From the NCBI GenBank assembly GCA_964019425.1, contig OZ025783.1:1-64000 (forward strand): 64,000 nt of DNA, written 5' to 3'. Positions within the stretch are counted from its first letter, which is position 1. The number at the start of each line of letters is the position of its first letter. The notes beneath the pieces are model-generated. The model was not told where the DNA came from. It made no database searches and worked only from the letters and a program-made list of their open reading frames with translations. The position numbers were made by a program, and so were the translations under genes. This stretch comes from Flectonema sp. DT1601. Lineage: Eukaryota. Below, in pieces: positions 1 through 12,894 of the stretch.

Positions 1-3000
1 GTTTGCGGGCTCGTATTGCCGGTCCTCCGTTTTAGCGGATGTTTGCGGGATTCCGAACCAGGTTGTCTTGTTTTTGGATGATCATGCCCTACGGGTTTGC
101 GGAGAGTTTTGCGGCGTTTTGCGGGTTTGCGGGTTTGCGGGTTTTCGTTTGGGTTTGCGAGTTGATGTGCGGTGTTTGCGGGTTTTGCGGGTTTGCGGGT
201 TTTGCGGTTTTGCGGGTTTGCGGGTTTGCGGGTTTGCGGGTTTGCGGGTTTGCGGGTTTGCGGGTTTGCGGGTTTGCGGGTTTGCGGGTTTGCGGGTTTG
301 CGGGTTTGCGGGTTTGCGGGTTTGCGGGTTTGCGGGTTTGCGGGTTTGCGGGTTTGCGGGTTTGCGGGTTTGCGGGTTTGCGGGTTTGCGGGTTTGCGGG
401 TTTGCGGGTTTGCGGGTTTGCGGGTTTGCGGGTTTGCGGGTTTGCGGGTTTGCGGGTTTGCGGGTTTGCGGGTTTGCGGGTTTGCGGGTTTGCGGGTTTG
501 CGGGTTTGCGGGTTTGCGGGTTTGCGGGTTTGCGGGTTTGCGGGTTTGCGGGTTTGCGGGTTTGCGGGTTTGCGGGTTTGCGGGTTTGCGGGTTTGCGGG
601 TTTGCGGGTTTGCGGGTTTGCGGGTTTGCGGGTTTGCGGGTTTGCGGGTTTGCGGGTTTGCGGGTTTGCGGGTTTGCGGGTTTGCGGGTTTGCGGGTTTG
701 CGGGTTTGCGGGTTTGCGGGTTTGCGGGTTTGCGGGTTTGCGGGTTTGCGGGTTTGCGGGTTTGCGGGTTTGCGGGTTTGCGGGTTTGCGGGTTTGCGGG
801 TTTGCGGGTTTGCGGGTTTGCGGGTTTGCGGGTTTGCGGGTTTGCGGGTTTGCGGGTTTGCGGGTTTGCGGGTTTGCGGGTTTGCGGGTTTGCGGGTTTG
901 CGGGTTTGCGGGTTTGCGGGTTTGCGGGTTTGCGGGTTTGCGGGTTTGCGGGTTTGCGGGTTTGCGGGTTTGCGGGTTTGCGGGTTTGCGGGTTTGCGGG
1001 TTTGCGGGTTTGCGGGTTTGCGGGTTTGCGGGTTTGCGGGTTTGCGGGTTTGCGGGTTTGCGGGTTTGCGGGTTTGCGGGTTTGCGGGTTTGCGGGTTTG
1101 CGGGTTTGCGGGTTTGCGGGTTTGCGGGTTTGCGGGTTTGCGGGTTTGCGGGTTTGCGGGTTTGCGGGTTTGCGGGTTTGCGGGTTTGCGGGTTTGCGGG
1201 TTTGCGGGTTTGCGGGTTTGCGGGTTTGCGGGTTTGCGGGTTTGCGGGTTTGCGGGTTTGCGGGTTTGCGGGTTTGCGGGTTTGCGGGTTTGCGGGTTTG
1301 CGGGTTTGCGGGTTTGCGGGTTTGCGGGTTTGCGGGTTTGCGGGTTTGCGGGTTTGCGGGTTTGCGGGTTTGCGGGTTTGCGGGTTTGCGGGTTTGCGGG
1401 TTTGCGGGTTTGCGGGTTTGCGGGTTTGCGGGTTTGCGGGTTTGCGGGTTTGCGGGTTTGCGGGTTTGCGGGTTTGCGGGTTTGCGGGTTTGCGGGTTTG
1501 CGGGTTTGCGGGTTTGCGGGTTTGCGGGTTTGCGGGTTTGCGGGTTTGCGGGTTTGCGGGTTTGCGGGTTTGCGGGTTTGCGGGTTTGCGGGTTTGCGGG
1601 TTTGCGGGTTTGCGGGTTTGCGGGTTTGCGGGTTTGCGGGTTTGCGGGTTTGCGGGTTTGCGGGTTTGCGGGTTTGCGGGTTTGCGGGTTTGCGGGTTTG
1701 CGGGTTTGCGGGTTTGCGGGTTTGCGGGTTTGCGGGTTTGCGGGTTTGCGGGTTTGCGGGTTTGCGGGTTTGCGGGTTTGCGGCGGTTTGCGGGTTTGCG
1801 GGTTTGCGGGTTTGCGGGTTTGCGGGTTTGCGGGTTTGCGGGTTTGCGGGTTTGCGGGTTTGCGGGTTTGCGGGTTTGCGGGTTTGCGGGTTTGCGGGTT
1901 TGCGGGTTTGCGGGTTTGCGGGTTTGCGGGTTTGCGGGTTTGCGGGTTTGCGGGTTTGCGGGTTTGCGGGTTTGCGGGTTTGCGGGTTTGCGGGTTTGCG
2001 GGTTTGCGGGTTTGCGGGTTTGCGGGTTTGCGGGTTTGCGGGTTTGCGGGTTTGCGGGTTTGCGGGTTTGCGGGTTTGCGGGTTTGCGGGTTTGCGGGTT
2101 TGCGGGTTTGCGGGTTTGCGGGTTTGCGGGTTTGCGGGTTTGCGGGTTTGCGGGTTTGCGGGTTTGCGGGTTTGCGGGTTTGCGGGTTTGCGGGTTTGCG
2201 GGTTTGCGGGTTTGCGGGTTTGCGGGTTTGCGGGTTTGCGGGTTTGCGGGTTTGCGGGTTTGCGGGTTTGCGGGTTTGCGGGTTTGCGGGTTTGCGGGTT
2301 TGCGGGTTTGCGGGTTTGCGGGTTTGCGGGTTTGCGGGTTTGCGGGTTTGCGGGTTTGCGGGTTTGCGGGTTTGCGGGTTTGCGGGTTTGCGGGTTTGCG
2401 GGTTTGCGGGTTTGCGGGTTTGCGGGTTTGCGGGTTTGCGGGTTTGCGGGTTTGCGGGTTTGCGGGTTTGCGGGTTTGCGGGTTTGCGGGTTTGCGGGTT
2501 TGCGGGTTTGCGGGTTTGCGGGTTTGCGGGTTTGCGGGTTTGCGGGTTTGCGGGTTTGCGGGTTTGCGGGTTTGCGGGTTTGCGGGTTTGCGGGTTTGCG
2601 GGTTTGCGGGTTTGCGGGTTTGCGGGTTTGCGGGTTTGCGGGTTTGCGGGTTTGCGGGTTTGCGGGTTTGCGGGTTTGCGGGTTTGCGGGTTTGCGGGTT
2701 TGCGGGTTTGCGGGTTTGCGGGTTTGCGGGTTTGCGGGTTTGCGGGTTTGCGGGTTTGCGGGTTTGCGGGTTTGCGGGTTTGCGGGTTTGCGGGTTTGCG
2801 GGTTTGCGGGTTTGCGGGTTTGCGGGTTTGCGGGTTTGCGGGTTTGCGGGTTTGCGGGTTTGCGGGTTTGCGGGTTTGCGGGTTTGCGGGTTTGCGGGTT
2901 TGCGGGTTTGCGGGTTTGCGGGTTTGCGGGTTTGCGGGTTTGCGGGTTTGCGGGTTTGCGGGTTTGCGGGTTTGCGGGTTTGCGGGTTTGCGGGTTTGCG

Positions 3001-6000
3001 GGTTTGCGGGTTTGCGGGTTTGCGGGTTTGCGGGTTTGCGGGTTTGCGGGTTTGCGGGTTTGCGGGTTTGCGGGTTTGCGGGTTTGCGGGTTTGCGGGTT
3101 TGCGGGTTTGCGGGTTTGCGGGTTTGCGGGTTTGCGGGTTTGCGGGTTTGCGGGTTTGCGGGTTTGCGGGTTTGCGGGTTTGCGGGTTTGCGGGTTTGCG
3201 GGTTTGCGGGTTTGCGGGTTTGCGGGTTTGCGGGTTTGCGGGTTTGCGGGTTTGCGGGTTTGCGGGTTTGCGGGTTTGCGGGTTTGCGGGTTTGCGGGTT
3301 TGCGGGTTTGCGGGTTTGCGGGTTTGCGGGTTTGCGGGTTTGCGGGTTTGCGGGTTTGCGGGTTTGCGGGTTTGCGGGTTTGCGGGTTTGCGGGTTTGCG
3401 GGTTTGCGGGTTTGCGGGTTTGCGGGTTTGCGGGTTTGCGGGTTTGCGGGTTTGCGGGTTTGCGGGTTTGCGGGTTTGCGGGTTTGCGGGTTTGCGGGTT
3501 TGCGGGTTTGCGGGTTTGCGGGTTTGCGGGTTTGCGGGTTTGCGGGTTTGCGGGTTTGCGGGTTTGCGGGTTTGCGGGTTTGCGGGTTTGCGGGTTTGCG
3601 GGTTTGCGGGTTTGCGGGTTTGCGGGTTTGCGGGTTTGCGGGTTTGCGGGTTTGCGGGTTTGCGGGTTTGCGGGTTTGCGGGTTTGCGGGTTTGCGGGTT
3701 TGCGGGTTTGCGGGTTTGCGGGTTTGCGGGTTTGCGGGTTTGCGGGTTTGCGGGTTTGCGGGTTTGCGGGTTTGCGGGTTTGCGGGTTTGCGGGTTTGCG
3801 GGTTTGCGGGTTTGCGGGTTTGCGGGTTTGCGGGTTTGCGGGTTTGCGGGTTTGCGGGTTTGCGGGTTTGCGGGTTTGCGGGTTTGCGGGTTTGCGGGTT
3901 TGCGGGTTTGCGGGTTTGCGGGTTTGCGGGTTTGCGGGTTTGCGGGTTTGCGGGTTTGCGGGTTTGCGGGTTTGCGGGTTTGCGGGTTTGCGGGTTTGCG
4001 GGTTTGCGGGTTTGCGGGTTTGCGGGTTTGCGGGTTTGCGGGTTTGCGGGTTTGCGGGTTTGCGGGTTTGCGGGTTTGCGGGTTTGCGGGTTTGCGGGTT
4101 TGCGGGTTTGCGGGTTTGCGGGTTTGCGGGTTTGCGGGTTTGCGGGTTTGCGGGTTTGCGGGTTTGCGGGTTTGCGGGTTTGCGGGTTTGCGGGTTTGCG
4201 GGTTTGCGGGTTTGCGGGTTTGCGGGTTTGCGGGTTTGCGGGTTTGCGGGTTTGCGGGTTTGCGGGTTTGCGGGTTTGCGGGTTTGCGGGTTTGCGGGTT
4301 TGCGGGTTTGCGGGTTTGCGGGTTTGCGGGTTTGCGGGTTTGCGGGTTTGCGGGTTTGCGGGTTTGCGGGTTTGCGGGTTTGCGGGTTTGCGGGTTTGCG
4401 GGTTTGCGGGTTTGCGGGTTTGCGGGTTTGCGGGTTTGCGGGTTTGCGGGTTTGCGGGTTTGCGGGTTTGCGGGTTTGCGGGTTTGCGGGTTTGCGGGTT
4501 TGCGGGTTTGCGGGTTTGCGGGTTTGCGGGTTTGCGGGTTTGCGGGTTTGCGGGTTTGCGGGTTTGCGGGTTTGCGGGTTTGCGGGTTTGCGGGTTTGCG
4601 GGTTTGCGGGTTTGCGGGTTTGCGGGTTTGCGGGTTTGCGGGTTTGCGGGTTTGCGGGTTTGCGGGTTTGCGGGTTTGCGGGTTTGCGGGTTTGCGGGTT
4701 TGCGGGTTTGCGGGTTTGCGGGTTTGCGGGTTTGCGGGTTTGCGGGTTTGCGGGTTTGCGGGTTTGCGGGTTTGCGGGTTTGCGGGTTTGCGGGTTTGCG
4801 GGTTTGCGGGTTTGCGGGTTTGCGGGTTTGCGGGTTTGCGGGTTTGCGGGTTTGCGGGTTTGCGGGTTTGCGGGTTTGCGGGTTTGCGGGTTTGCGGGTT
4901 TGCGGGTTTGCGGGTTTGCGGGTTTGCGGGTTTGCGGGTTTGCGGGTTTGCGGGTTTGCGGGTTTGCGGGTTTGCGGGTTTGCGGGTTTGCGGGTTTGCG
5001 GGTTTGCGGGTTTGCGGGTTTGCGGGTTTGCGGGTTTGCGGGTTTGCGGGTTTGCGGGTTTGCGGGTTTGCGGGTTTGCGGGTTTGCGGGTTTGCGGGTT
5101 TGCGGGTTTGCGGGTTTGCGGGTTTGCGGGTTTGCGGGTTTGCGGGTTTGCGGGTTTGCGGGTTTGCGGGTTTGCGGGTTTGCGGGTTTGCGGGTTTGCG
5201 GGTTTGCGGGTTTGCGGGTTTGCGGGTTTGCGGGTTTGCGGGTTTGCGGGTTTGCGGGTTTGCGGGTTTGCGGGTTTGCGGGTTTGCGGGTTTGCGGGTT
5301 TGCGGGTTTGCGGGTTTGCGGGTTTGCGGGTTTGCGGGTTTGCGGGTTTGCGGGTTTGCGGGTTTGCGGGTTTGCGGGTTTGCGGGTTTGCGGGTTTGCG
5401 GGTTTGCGGGTTTGCGGGTTTGCGGGTTTGCGGGTTTGCGGGTTTGCGGGTTTGCGGGTTTGCGGGTTTGCGGGTTTGCGGGTTTGCGGGTTTGCGGGTT
5501 TGCGGGTTTGCGGGTTTGCGGGTTTGCGGGTTTGCGGGTTTGCGGGTTTGCGGGTTTGCGGGTTTGCGGGTTTGCGGGTTTGCGGGTTTGCGGGTTTGCG
5601 GGTTTGCGGGTTTGCGGGTTTGCGGGTTTGCGGGTTTGCGGGTTTGCGGGTTTGCGGGTTTGCGGGTTTGCGGGTTTGCGGGTTTGCGGGTTTGCGGGTT
5701 TGCGGGTTTGCGGGTTTGCGGGTTTGCGGGTTTGCGGGTTTGCGGGTTTGCGGGTTTGCGGGTTTGCGGGTTTGCGGGTTTGCGGGTTTGCGGGTTTGCG
5801 GGTTTGCGGGTTTGCGGGTTTGCGGGTTTGCGGGTTTGCGGGTTTGCGGGTTTGCGGGTTTGCGGGTTTGCGGGTTTGCGGGTTTGCGGGTTTGCGGGTT
5901 TGCGGGTTTGCGGGTTTGCGGGTTTGCGGGTTTGCGGGTTTGCGGGTTTGCGGGTTTGCGGGTTTGCGGGTTTGCGGGTTTGCGGGTTTGCGGGTTTGCG

Positions 6001-9000
6001 GGTTTGCGGGTTTGCGGGTTTGCGGGTTTGCGGGTTTGCGGGTTTGCGGGTTTGCGGGTTTGCGGGTTTGCGGGTTTGCGGGTTTGCGGGTTTGCGGGTT
6101 TGCGGGTTTGCGGGTTTGCGGGTTTGCGGGTTTGCGGGTTTGCGGGTTTGCGGGTTTGCGGGTTTGCGGGTTTGCGGGTTTGCGGGTTTGCGGGTTTGCG
6201 GGTTTGCGGGTTTGCGGGTTTGCGGGTTTGCGGGTTTGCGGGTTTGCGGGTTTGCGGGTTTGCGGGTTTGCGGGTTTGCGGGTTTGCGGGTTTGCGGGTT
6301 TGCGGGTTTGCGGGTTTGCGGGTTTGCGGGTTTGCGGGTTTGCGGGTTTGCGGGTTTGCGGGTTTGCGGGTTTGCGGGTTTGCGGGTTTGCGGGTTTGCG
6401 GGTTTGCGGGTTTGCGGGTTTGCGGGTTTGCGGGTTTGCGGGTTTGCGGGTTTGCGGGTTTGCGGGTTTGCGGGTTTGCGGGTTTGCGGGTTTGCGGGTT
6501 TGCGGGTTTGCGGGTTTGCGGGTTTGCGGGTTTGCGGGTTTGCGGGTTTGCGGGTTTGCGGGTTTGCGGGTTTGCGGGTTTGCGGGTTTGCGGGTTTGCG
6601 GGTTTGCGGGTTTGCGGGTTTGCGGGTTTGCGGGTTTGCGGGTTTGCGGGTTTGCGGGTTTGCGGGTTTGCGGGTTTGCGGGTTTGCGGGTTTGCGGGTT
6701 TGCGGGTTTGCGGGTTTGCGGGTTTGCGGGTTTGCGGGTTTGCGGGTTTGCGGGTTTGCGGGTTTGCGGGTTTGCGGGTTTGCGGGTTTGCGGGTTTGCG
6801 GGTTTGCGGGTTTGCGGGTTTGCGGGTTTGCGGGTTTGCGGGTTTGCGGGTTTGCGGGTTTGCGGGTTTGCGGGTTTGCGGGTTTGCGGGTTTGCGGGTT
6901 TGCGGGTTTGCGGGTTTGCGGGTTTGCGGGTTTGCGGGTTTGCGGGTTTGCGGGTTTGCGGGTTTGCGGGTTTGCGGGTTTGCGGGTTTGCGGGTTTGCG
7001 GGTTTGCGGGTTTGCGGGTTTGCGGGTTTGCGGGTTTGCGGGTTTGCGGGTTTGCGGGTTTGCGGGTTTGCGGGTTTGCGGGTTTGCGGGTTTGCGGGTT
7101 TGCGGGTTTGCGGGTTTGCGGGTTTGCGGGTTTGCGGGTTTGCGGGTTTGCGGGTTTGCGGGTTTGCGGGTTTGCGGGTTTGCGGGTTTGCGGGTTTGCG
7201 GGTTTGCGGGTTTGCGGGTTTGCGGGTTTGCGGGTTTGCGGGTTTGCGGGTTTGCGGGTTTGCGGGTTTGCGGGTTTGCGGGTTTGCGGGTTTGCGGGTT
7301 TGCGGGTTTGCGGGTTTGCGGGTTTGCGGGTTTGCGGGTTTGCGGGTTTGCGGGTTTGCGGGTTTGCGGGTTTGCGGGTTTGCGGGTTTGCGGGTTTGCG
7401 GGTTTGCGGGTTTGCGGGTTTGCGGGTTTGCGGGTTTGCGGGTTTGCGGGTTTGCGGGTTTGCGGGTTTGCGGGTTTGCGGGTTTGCGGGTTTGCGGGTT
7501 TGCGGGTTTGCGGGTTTGCGGGTTTGCGGGTTTGCGGGTTTGCGGGTTTGCGGGTTTGCGGGTTTGCGGGTTTGCGGGTTTGCGGGTTTGCGGGTTTGCG
7601 GGTTTGCGGGTTTGCGGGTTTGCGGGTTTGCGGGTTTGCGGGTTTGCGGGTTTGCGGGTTTGCGGGTTTGCGGGTTTGCGGGTTTGCGGGTTTGCGGGTT
7701 TGCGGGTTTGCGGGTTTGCGGGTTTGCGGGTTTGCGGGTTTGCGGGTTTGCGGGTTTGCGGGTTTGCGGGTTTGCGGGTTTGCGGGTTTGCGGGTTTGCG
7801 GGTTTGCGGGTTTGCGGGTTTGCGGGTTTGCGGGTTTGCGGGTTTGCGGGTTTGCGGGTTTGCGGGTTTGCGGGTTTGCGGGTTTGCGGGTTTGCGGGTT
7901 TGCGGGTTTGCGGGTTTGCGGGTTTGCGGGTTTGCGGGTTTGCGGGTTTGCGGGTTTGCGGGTTTGCGGGTTTGCGGGTTTGCGGGTTTGCGGGTTTGCG
8001 GGTTTGCGGGTTTGCGGGTTTGCGGGTTTGCGGGTTTGCGGGTTTGCGGGTTTGCGGGTTTGCGGGTTTGCGGGTTTGCGGGTTTGCGGGTTTGCGGGTT
8101 TGCGGGTTTGCGGGTTTGCGGGTTTGCGGGTTTGCGGGTTTGCGGGTTTGCGGGTTTGCGGGTTTGCGGGTTTGCGGGTTTGCGGGTTTGCGGGTTTGCG
8201 GGTTTGCGGGTTTGCGGGTTTGCGGGTTTGCGGGTTTGCGGGTTTGCGGGTTTGCGGGTTTGCGGGTTTGCGGGTTTGCGGGTTTGCGGGTTTGCGGGTT
8301 TGCGGGTTTGCGGGTTTGCGGGTTTGCGGGTTTGCGGGTTTGCGGGTTTGCGGGTTTGCGGGTTTGCGGGTTTGCGGGTTTGCGGGTTTGCGGGTTTGCG
8401 GGTTTGCGGGTTTGCGGGTTTGCGGGTTTGCGGGTTTGCGGGTTTGCGGGTTTGCGGGTTTGCGGGTTTGCGGGTTTGCGGGTTTGCGGGTTTGCGGGTT
8501 TGCGGGTTTGCGGGTTTGCGGGTTTGCGGGTTTGCGGGTTTGCGGGTTTGCGGGTTTGCGGGTTTGCGGGTTTGCGGGTTTGCGGGTTTGCGGGTTTGCG
8601 GGTTTGCGGGTTTGCGGGTTTGCGGGTTTGCGGGTTTGCGGGTTTGCGGGTTTGCGGGTTTGCGGGTTTGCGGGTTTGCGGGTTTGCGGGTTTGCGGGTT
8701 TGCGGGTTTGCGGGTTTGCGGGTTTGCGGGTTTGCGGGTTTGCGGGTTTGCGGGTTTGCGGGTTTGCGGGTTTGCGGGTTTGCGGGTTTGCGGGTTTGCG
8801 GGTTTGCGGGTTTGCGGGTTTGCGGGTTTGCGGGTTTGCGGGTTTGCGGGTTTGCGGGTTTGCGGGTTTGCGGGTTTGCGGGTTTGCGGGTTTGCGGGTT
8901 TGCGGGTTTGCGGGTTTGCGGGTTTGCGGGTTTGCGGGTTTGCGGGTTTGCGGGTTTGCGGGTTTGCGGGTTTGCGGGTTTGCGGGTTTGCGGGTTTGCG

Positions 9001-11876
9001 GGTTTGCGGGTTTGCGGGTTTGCGGGTTTGCGGGTTTGCGGGTTTGCGGGTTTGCGGGTTTGCGGGTTTGCGGGTTTGCGGGTTTGCGGGTTTGCGGGTT
9101 TGCGGGTTTGCGGGTTTGCGGGTTTGCGGGTTTGCGGGTTTGCGGGTTTGCGGGTTTGCGGGTTTGCGGGTTTGCGGGTTTGCGGGTTTGCGGGTTTGCG
9201 GGTTTGCGGGTTTGCGGGTTTGCGGGTTTGCGGGTTTGCGGGTTTGCGGGTTTGCGGGTTTGCGGGTTTGCGGGTTTGCGGGTTTGCGGGTTTGCGGGTT
9301 TGCGGGTTTGCGGGTTTGCGGGTTTGCGGGTTTGCGGGTTTGCGGGTTTGCGGGTTTGCGGGTTTGCGGGTTTGCGGGTTTGCGGGTTTGCGGGTTTGCG
9401 GGTTTGCGGGTTTGCGGGTTTGCGGGTTTGCGGGTTTGCGGGTTTGCGGGTTTGCGGGTTTGCGGGTTTGCGGGTTTGCGGGTTTGCGGGTTTGCGGGTT
9501 TGCGGGTTTGCGGGTTTGCGGGTTTGCGGGTTTGCGGGTTTGCGGGTTTGCGGGTTTGCGGGTTTGCGGGTTTGCGGGTTTGCGGGTTTGCGGGTTTGCG
9601 GGTTTGCGGGTTTGCGGGTTTGCGGGTTTGCGGGTTTGCGGGTTTGCGGGTTTGCGGGTTTGCGGGTTTGCGGGTTTGCGGGTTTGCGGGTTTGCGGGTT
9701 TGCGGGTTTGCGGGTTTGCGGGTTTGCGGGTTTGCGGGTTTGCGGGTTTGCGGGTTTGCGGGTTTGCGGGTTTGCGGGTTTGCGGGTTTGCGGGTTTGCG
9801 GGTTTGCGGGTTTGCGGGTTTGCGGGTTTGCGGGTTTGCGGGTTTGCGGGTTTGCGGGTTTGCGGGTTTGCGGGTTTGCGGGTTTGCGGGTTTGCGGGTT
9901 TGCGGGTTTGCGGGTTTGCGGGTTTGCGGGTTTGCGGGTTTGCGGGTTTGCGGGTTTGCGGGTTTGCGGGTTTGCGGGTTTGCGGGTTTGCGGGTTTGCG
10001 GGTTTGCGGGTTTGCGGGTTTGCGGGTTTGCGGGTTTGCGGGTTTGCGGGTTTGCGGGTTTGCGGGTTTGCGGGTTTGCGGGTTTGCGGGTTTGCGGGTT
10101 TGCGGGTTTGCGGGTTTGCGGGTTTGCGGGTTTGCGGGTTTGCGGGTTTGCGGGTTTGCGGGTTTGCGGGTTTGCGGGTTTGCGGGTTTGCGGGTTTGCG
10201 GGTTTGCGGGTTTGCGGGTTTGCGGGTTTGCGGGTTTGCGGGTTTGCGGGTTTGCGGGTTTGCGGGTTTGCGGGTTTGCGGGTTTGCGGGTTTGCGGGTT
10301 TGCGGGTTTGCGGGTTTGCGGGTTTGCGGGTTTGCGGGTTTGCGGGTTTGCGGGTTTGCGGGTTTGCGGGTTTGCGGGTTTGCGGGTTTGCGGGTTTGCG
10401 GGTTTGCGGGTTTGCGGGTTTGCGGGTTTGCGGGTTTGCGGGTTTGCGGGTTTGCGGGTTTGCGGGTTTGCGGGTTTGCGGGTTTGCGGGTTTGCGGGTT
10501 TGCGGGTTTGCGGGTTTGCGGGTTTGCGGGTTTGCGGGTTTGCGGGTTTGCGGGTTTGCGGGTTTGCGGGTTTGCGGGTTTGCGGGTTTGCGGGTTTGCG
10601 GGTTTGCGGGTTTGCGGGTTTGCGGGTTTGCGGGTTTGCGGGTTTGCGGGTTTGCGGGTTTGCGGGTTTGCGGGTTTGCGGGTTTGCGGGTTTGCGGGTT
10701 TGCGGGTTTGCGGGTTTGCGGGTTTGCGGGTTTGCGGGTTTGCGGGTTTGCGGGTTTGCGGGTTTGCGGGTTTGCGGGTTTGCGGGTTTGCGGGTTTGCG
10801 GGTTTGCGGGTTTGCGGGTTTGCGGGTTTGCGGGTTTGCGGGTTTGCGGGTTTGCGGGTTTGCGGGTTTGCGGGTTTGCGGGTTTGCGGGTTTGCGGGTT
10901 TGCGGGTTTGCGGGTTTGCGGGTTTGCGGGTTTGCGGGTTTGCGGGTTTGCGGGTTTGCGGGTTTGCGGGTTTGCGGGTTTGCGGGTTTGCGGGTTTGCG
11001 GGTTTGCGGGTTTGCGGGTTTGCGGGTTTGCGGGTTTGCGGGTTTGCGGGTTTGCGGGTTTGCGGGTTTGCGGGTTTGCGGGTTTGCGGGTTTGCGGGTT
11101 TGCGGGTTTGCGGGTTTGCGGGTTTGCGGGTTTGCGGGTTTGCGGGTTTGCGGGTTTGCGGGTTTGCGGGTTTGCGGGTTTGCGGGTTTGCGGGTTTGCG
11201 GGTTTGCGGGTTTGCGGGTTTGCGGGTTTGCGGGTTTGCGGGTTTGCGGGTTTGCGGGTTTGCGGGTTTGCGGGTTTGCGGGTTTGCGGGTTTGCGGGTT
11301 TGCGGGTTTGCGGGTTTGCGGGTTTGCGGGTTTGCGGGTTTGCGGGTTTGCGGGTTTGCGGGTTTGCGGGTTTGCGGGTTTGCGGGTTTGCGGGTTTGCG
11401 GGTTTGCGGGTTTGCGGGTTTGCGGGTTTGCGGGTTTGCGGGTTTGCGGGTTTGCGGGTTTGCGGGTTTGCGGGTTTGCGGGTTTGCGGGTTTGCGGGTT
11501 TGCGGGTTTGCGGGTTTGCGGGTTTGCGGGTTTGCGGGTTTGCGGGTTTGCGGGTTTGCGGGTTTGCGGGTTTGCGGGTTTGCGGGTTTGCGGGTTTGCG
11601 GGTTTGCGGGTTTGCGGGTTTGCGGGTTTGCGGGTTTGCGGGTTTGCGGGTTTGCGGGTTTGCGGGTTTGCGGGTTTGCGGGTTTGCGGGTTTGCGGGTT
11701 TGCGGGTTTGCGGGTTTGCGGGTTTGCGGGTTTGCGGGTTTGCGGGTTTGCGGGTTTGCGGGTTTGCGGGTTTGCGGGTTTGCGGGTTTGCGGGTTTGCG
11801 GGTTTGCGGGTTTGCGGGTTTGCGGGTTTGCGGGTTTGCGGGTTTGCGGGTTTGCGGGTTTGCGGGTTTGCGGGTT
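1..11876 (+). repeat. Telomere-like tandem array (TTTGCGGG)n, 8-bp unit, ~1,460 units; first ~210 bp degenerate
   Basis: Read directly. Perfect 8-mer repetition from ~213 to 11876, with one 2-nt irregularity near 1783 (GCGGCGGTTT). Positions 1-212 are a noisy version of the repeat, typical of a low-coverage contig end. Confidence 0.97.
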
Positions 11877-12894
11877 TCTCCTATATAATTGTCAGCATCG
11901 GGGATATTTTGGGTTCTGAGGAAATCCACCAAGTCCTGGGCCAGGTACCCAGGCCAGGCCTTACCTAATTACACACTGGGAATGAGGCTTCTGTGCCTTC
12001 CCGCAAGAAGGTCTGGTTCTAAATGCGTAAGTGTTGACTGGTGTTGCACATTGCGGAAAGAAAAGTGGAGTTTTACCTGTAGCAAGTTGGCGCCACCAAA
12101 TGACAGTCTGATGCGTTTGTGGAAAGAAAATTGCTGCTTTTGCAGTTATTTGCCTTTGTCATGAAATTTTTTTTTTTTATTTTTTACTGCTTTTTGCGCC
12201 ACTCACCTCCAAAAAAACATGGGTATACCTTTTTTATGATTATCTCTCAACCTATCGGTCTTGAAAAGCCTTCACAAATTCTAGGTGGAAGGAAGATTTT
12301 AGTTGGTGCCAAGCTGTCTTTTTGTTATGGTTTAGACAATTTGGGTTGTAATAAATAATCCCATTCATTTTTGCAGTTATTTGCCACCTTTCCACTACCA
12401 ATGCTTATGTAGCACTTCTGGGCAAATTTAAGCTGCCAATTTTCTTCAGTAGGAAGTAAGTAAGAAATGTAAGAAAAAATTTTGCCTAAGGAAAAATGCT
12501 GGATTTTTGCGCCCGGGCAGGTCTAGAAAAGATGGGTAACCATTTTCTTAAAGTATAAAATGTGATGAAAAAATTTTTTTGGTATGGTTTTGAAATTTAG
12601 GTGTATGGTTGCCAATTTAGCAAATTTTTTTTTTTTGAAATAATTTTTTCCTTTTTAATAAATTTTAGGTGCCAAGCTGTCTTTTTGTTACAGTTTAGAC
12701 AATTTGGGTTTTAATAAATAAATTCTTTCACTTTTGCAGTTATTTGCCACTCTGTTACATCTCACTATTCTGAAAAAGCAATCTTTGATTTCATTTTTTT
12801 TTGGGTAAAGGGGTCTTTCCTACACAAATAGTAAACTTGGGGGGGGGCTTGCACTCTTCCCAGCTTAATCATCCATTAGTAGCAAATTTGTTTT

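Noticed and set aside
1..212. Variant or degenerate repeats at the very start as a biological variant zone
   Set aside because: The scattered indels and substitutions look like low-coverage consensus error at a contig end.
39..11968. Four ~3,900-aa ORFs (GFAGLRVC / TRKPANPQ repeats)
   Set aside because: These are artefacts of an 8-bp repeat that has no stop codon in any frame, not genes.
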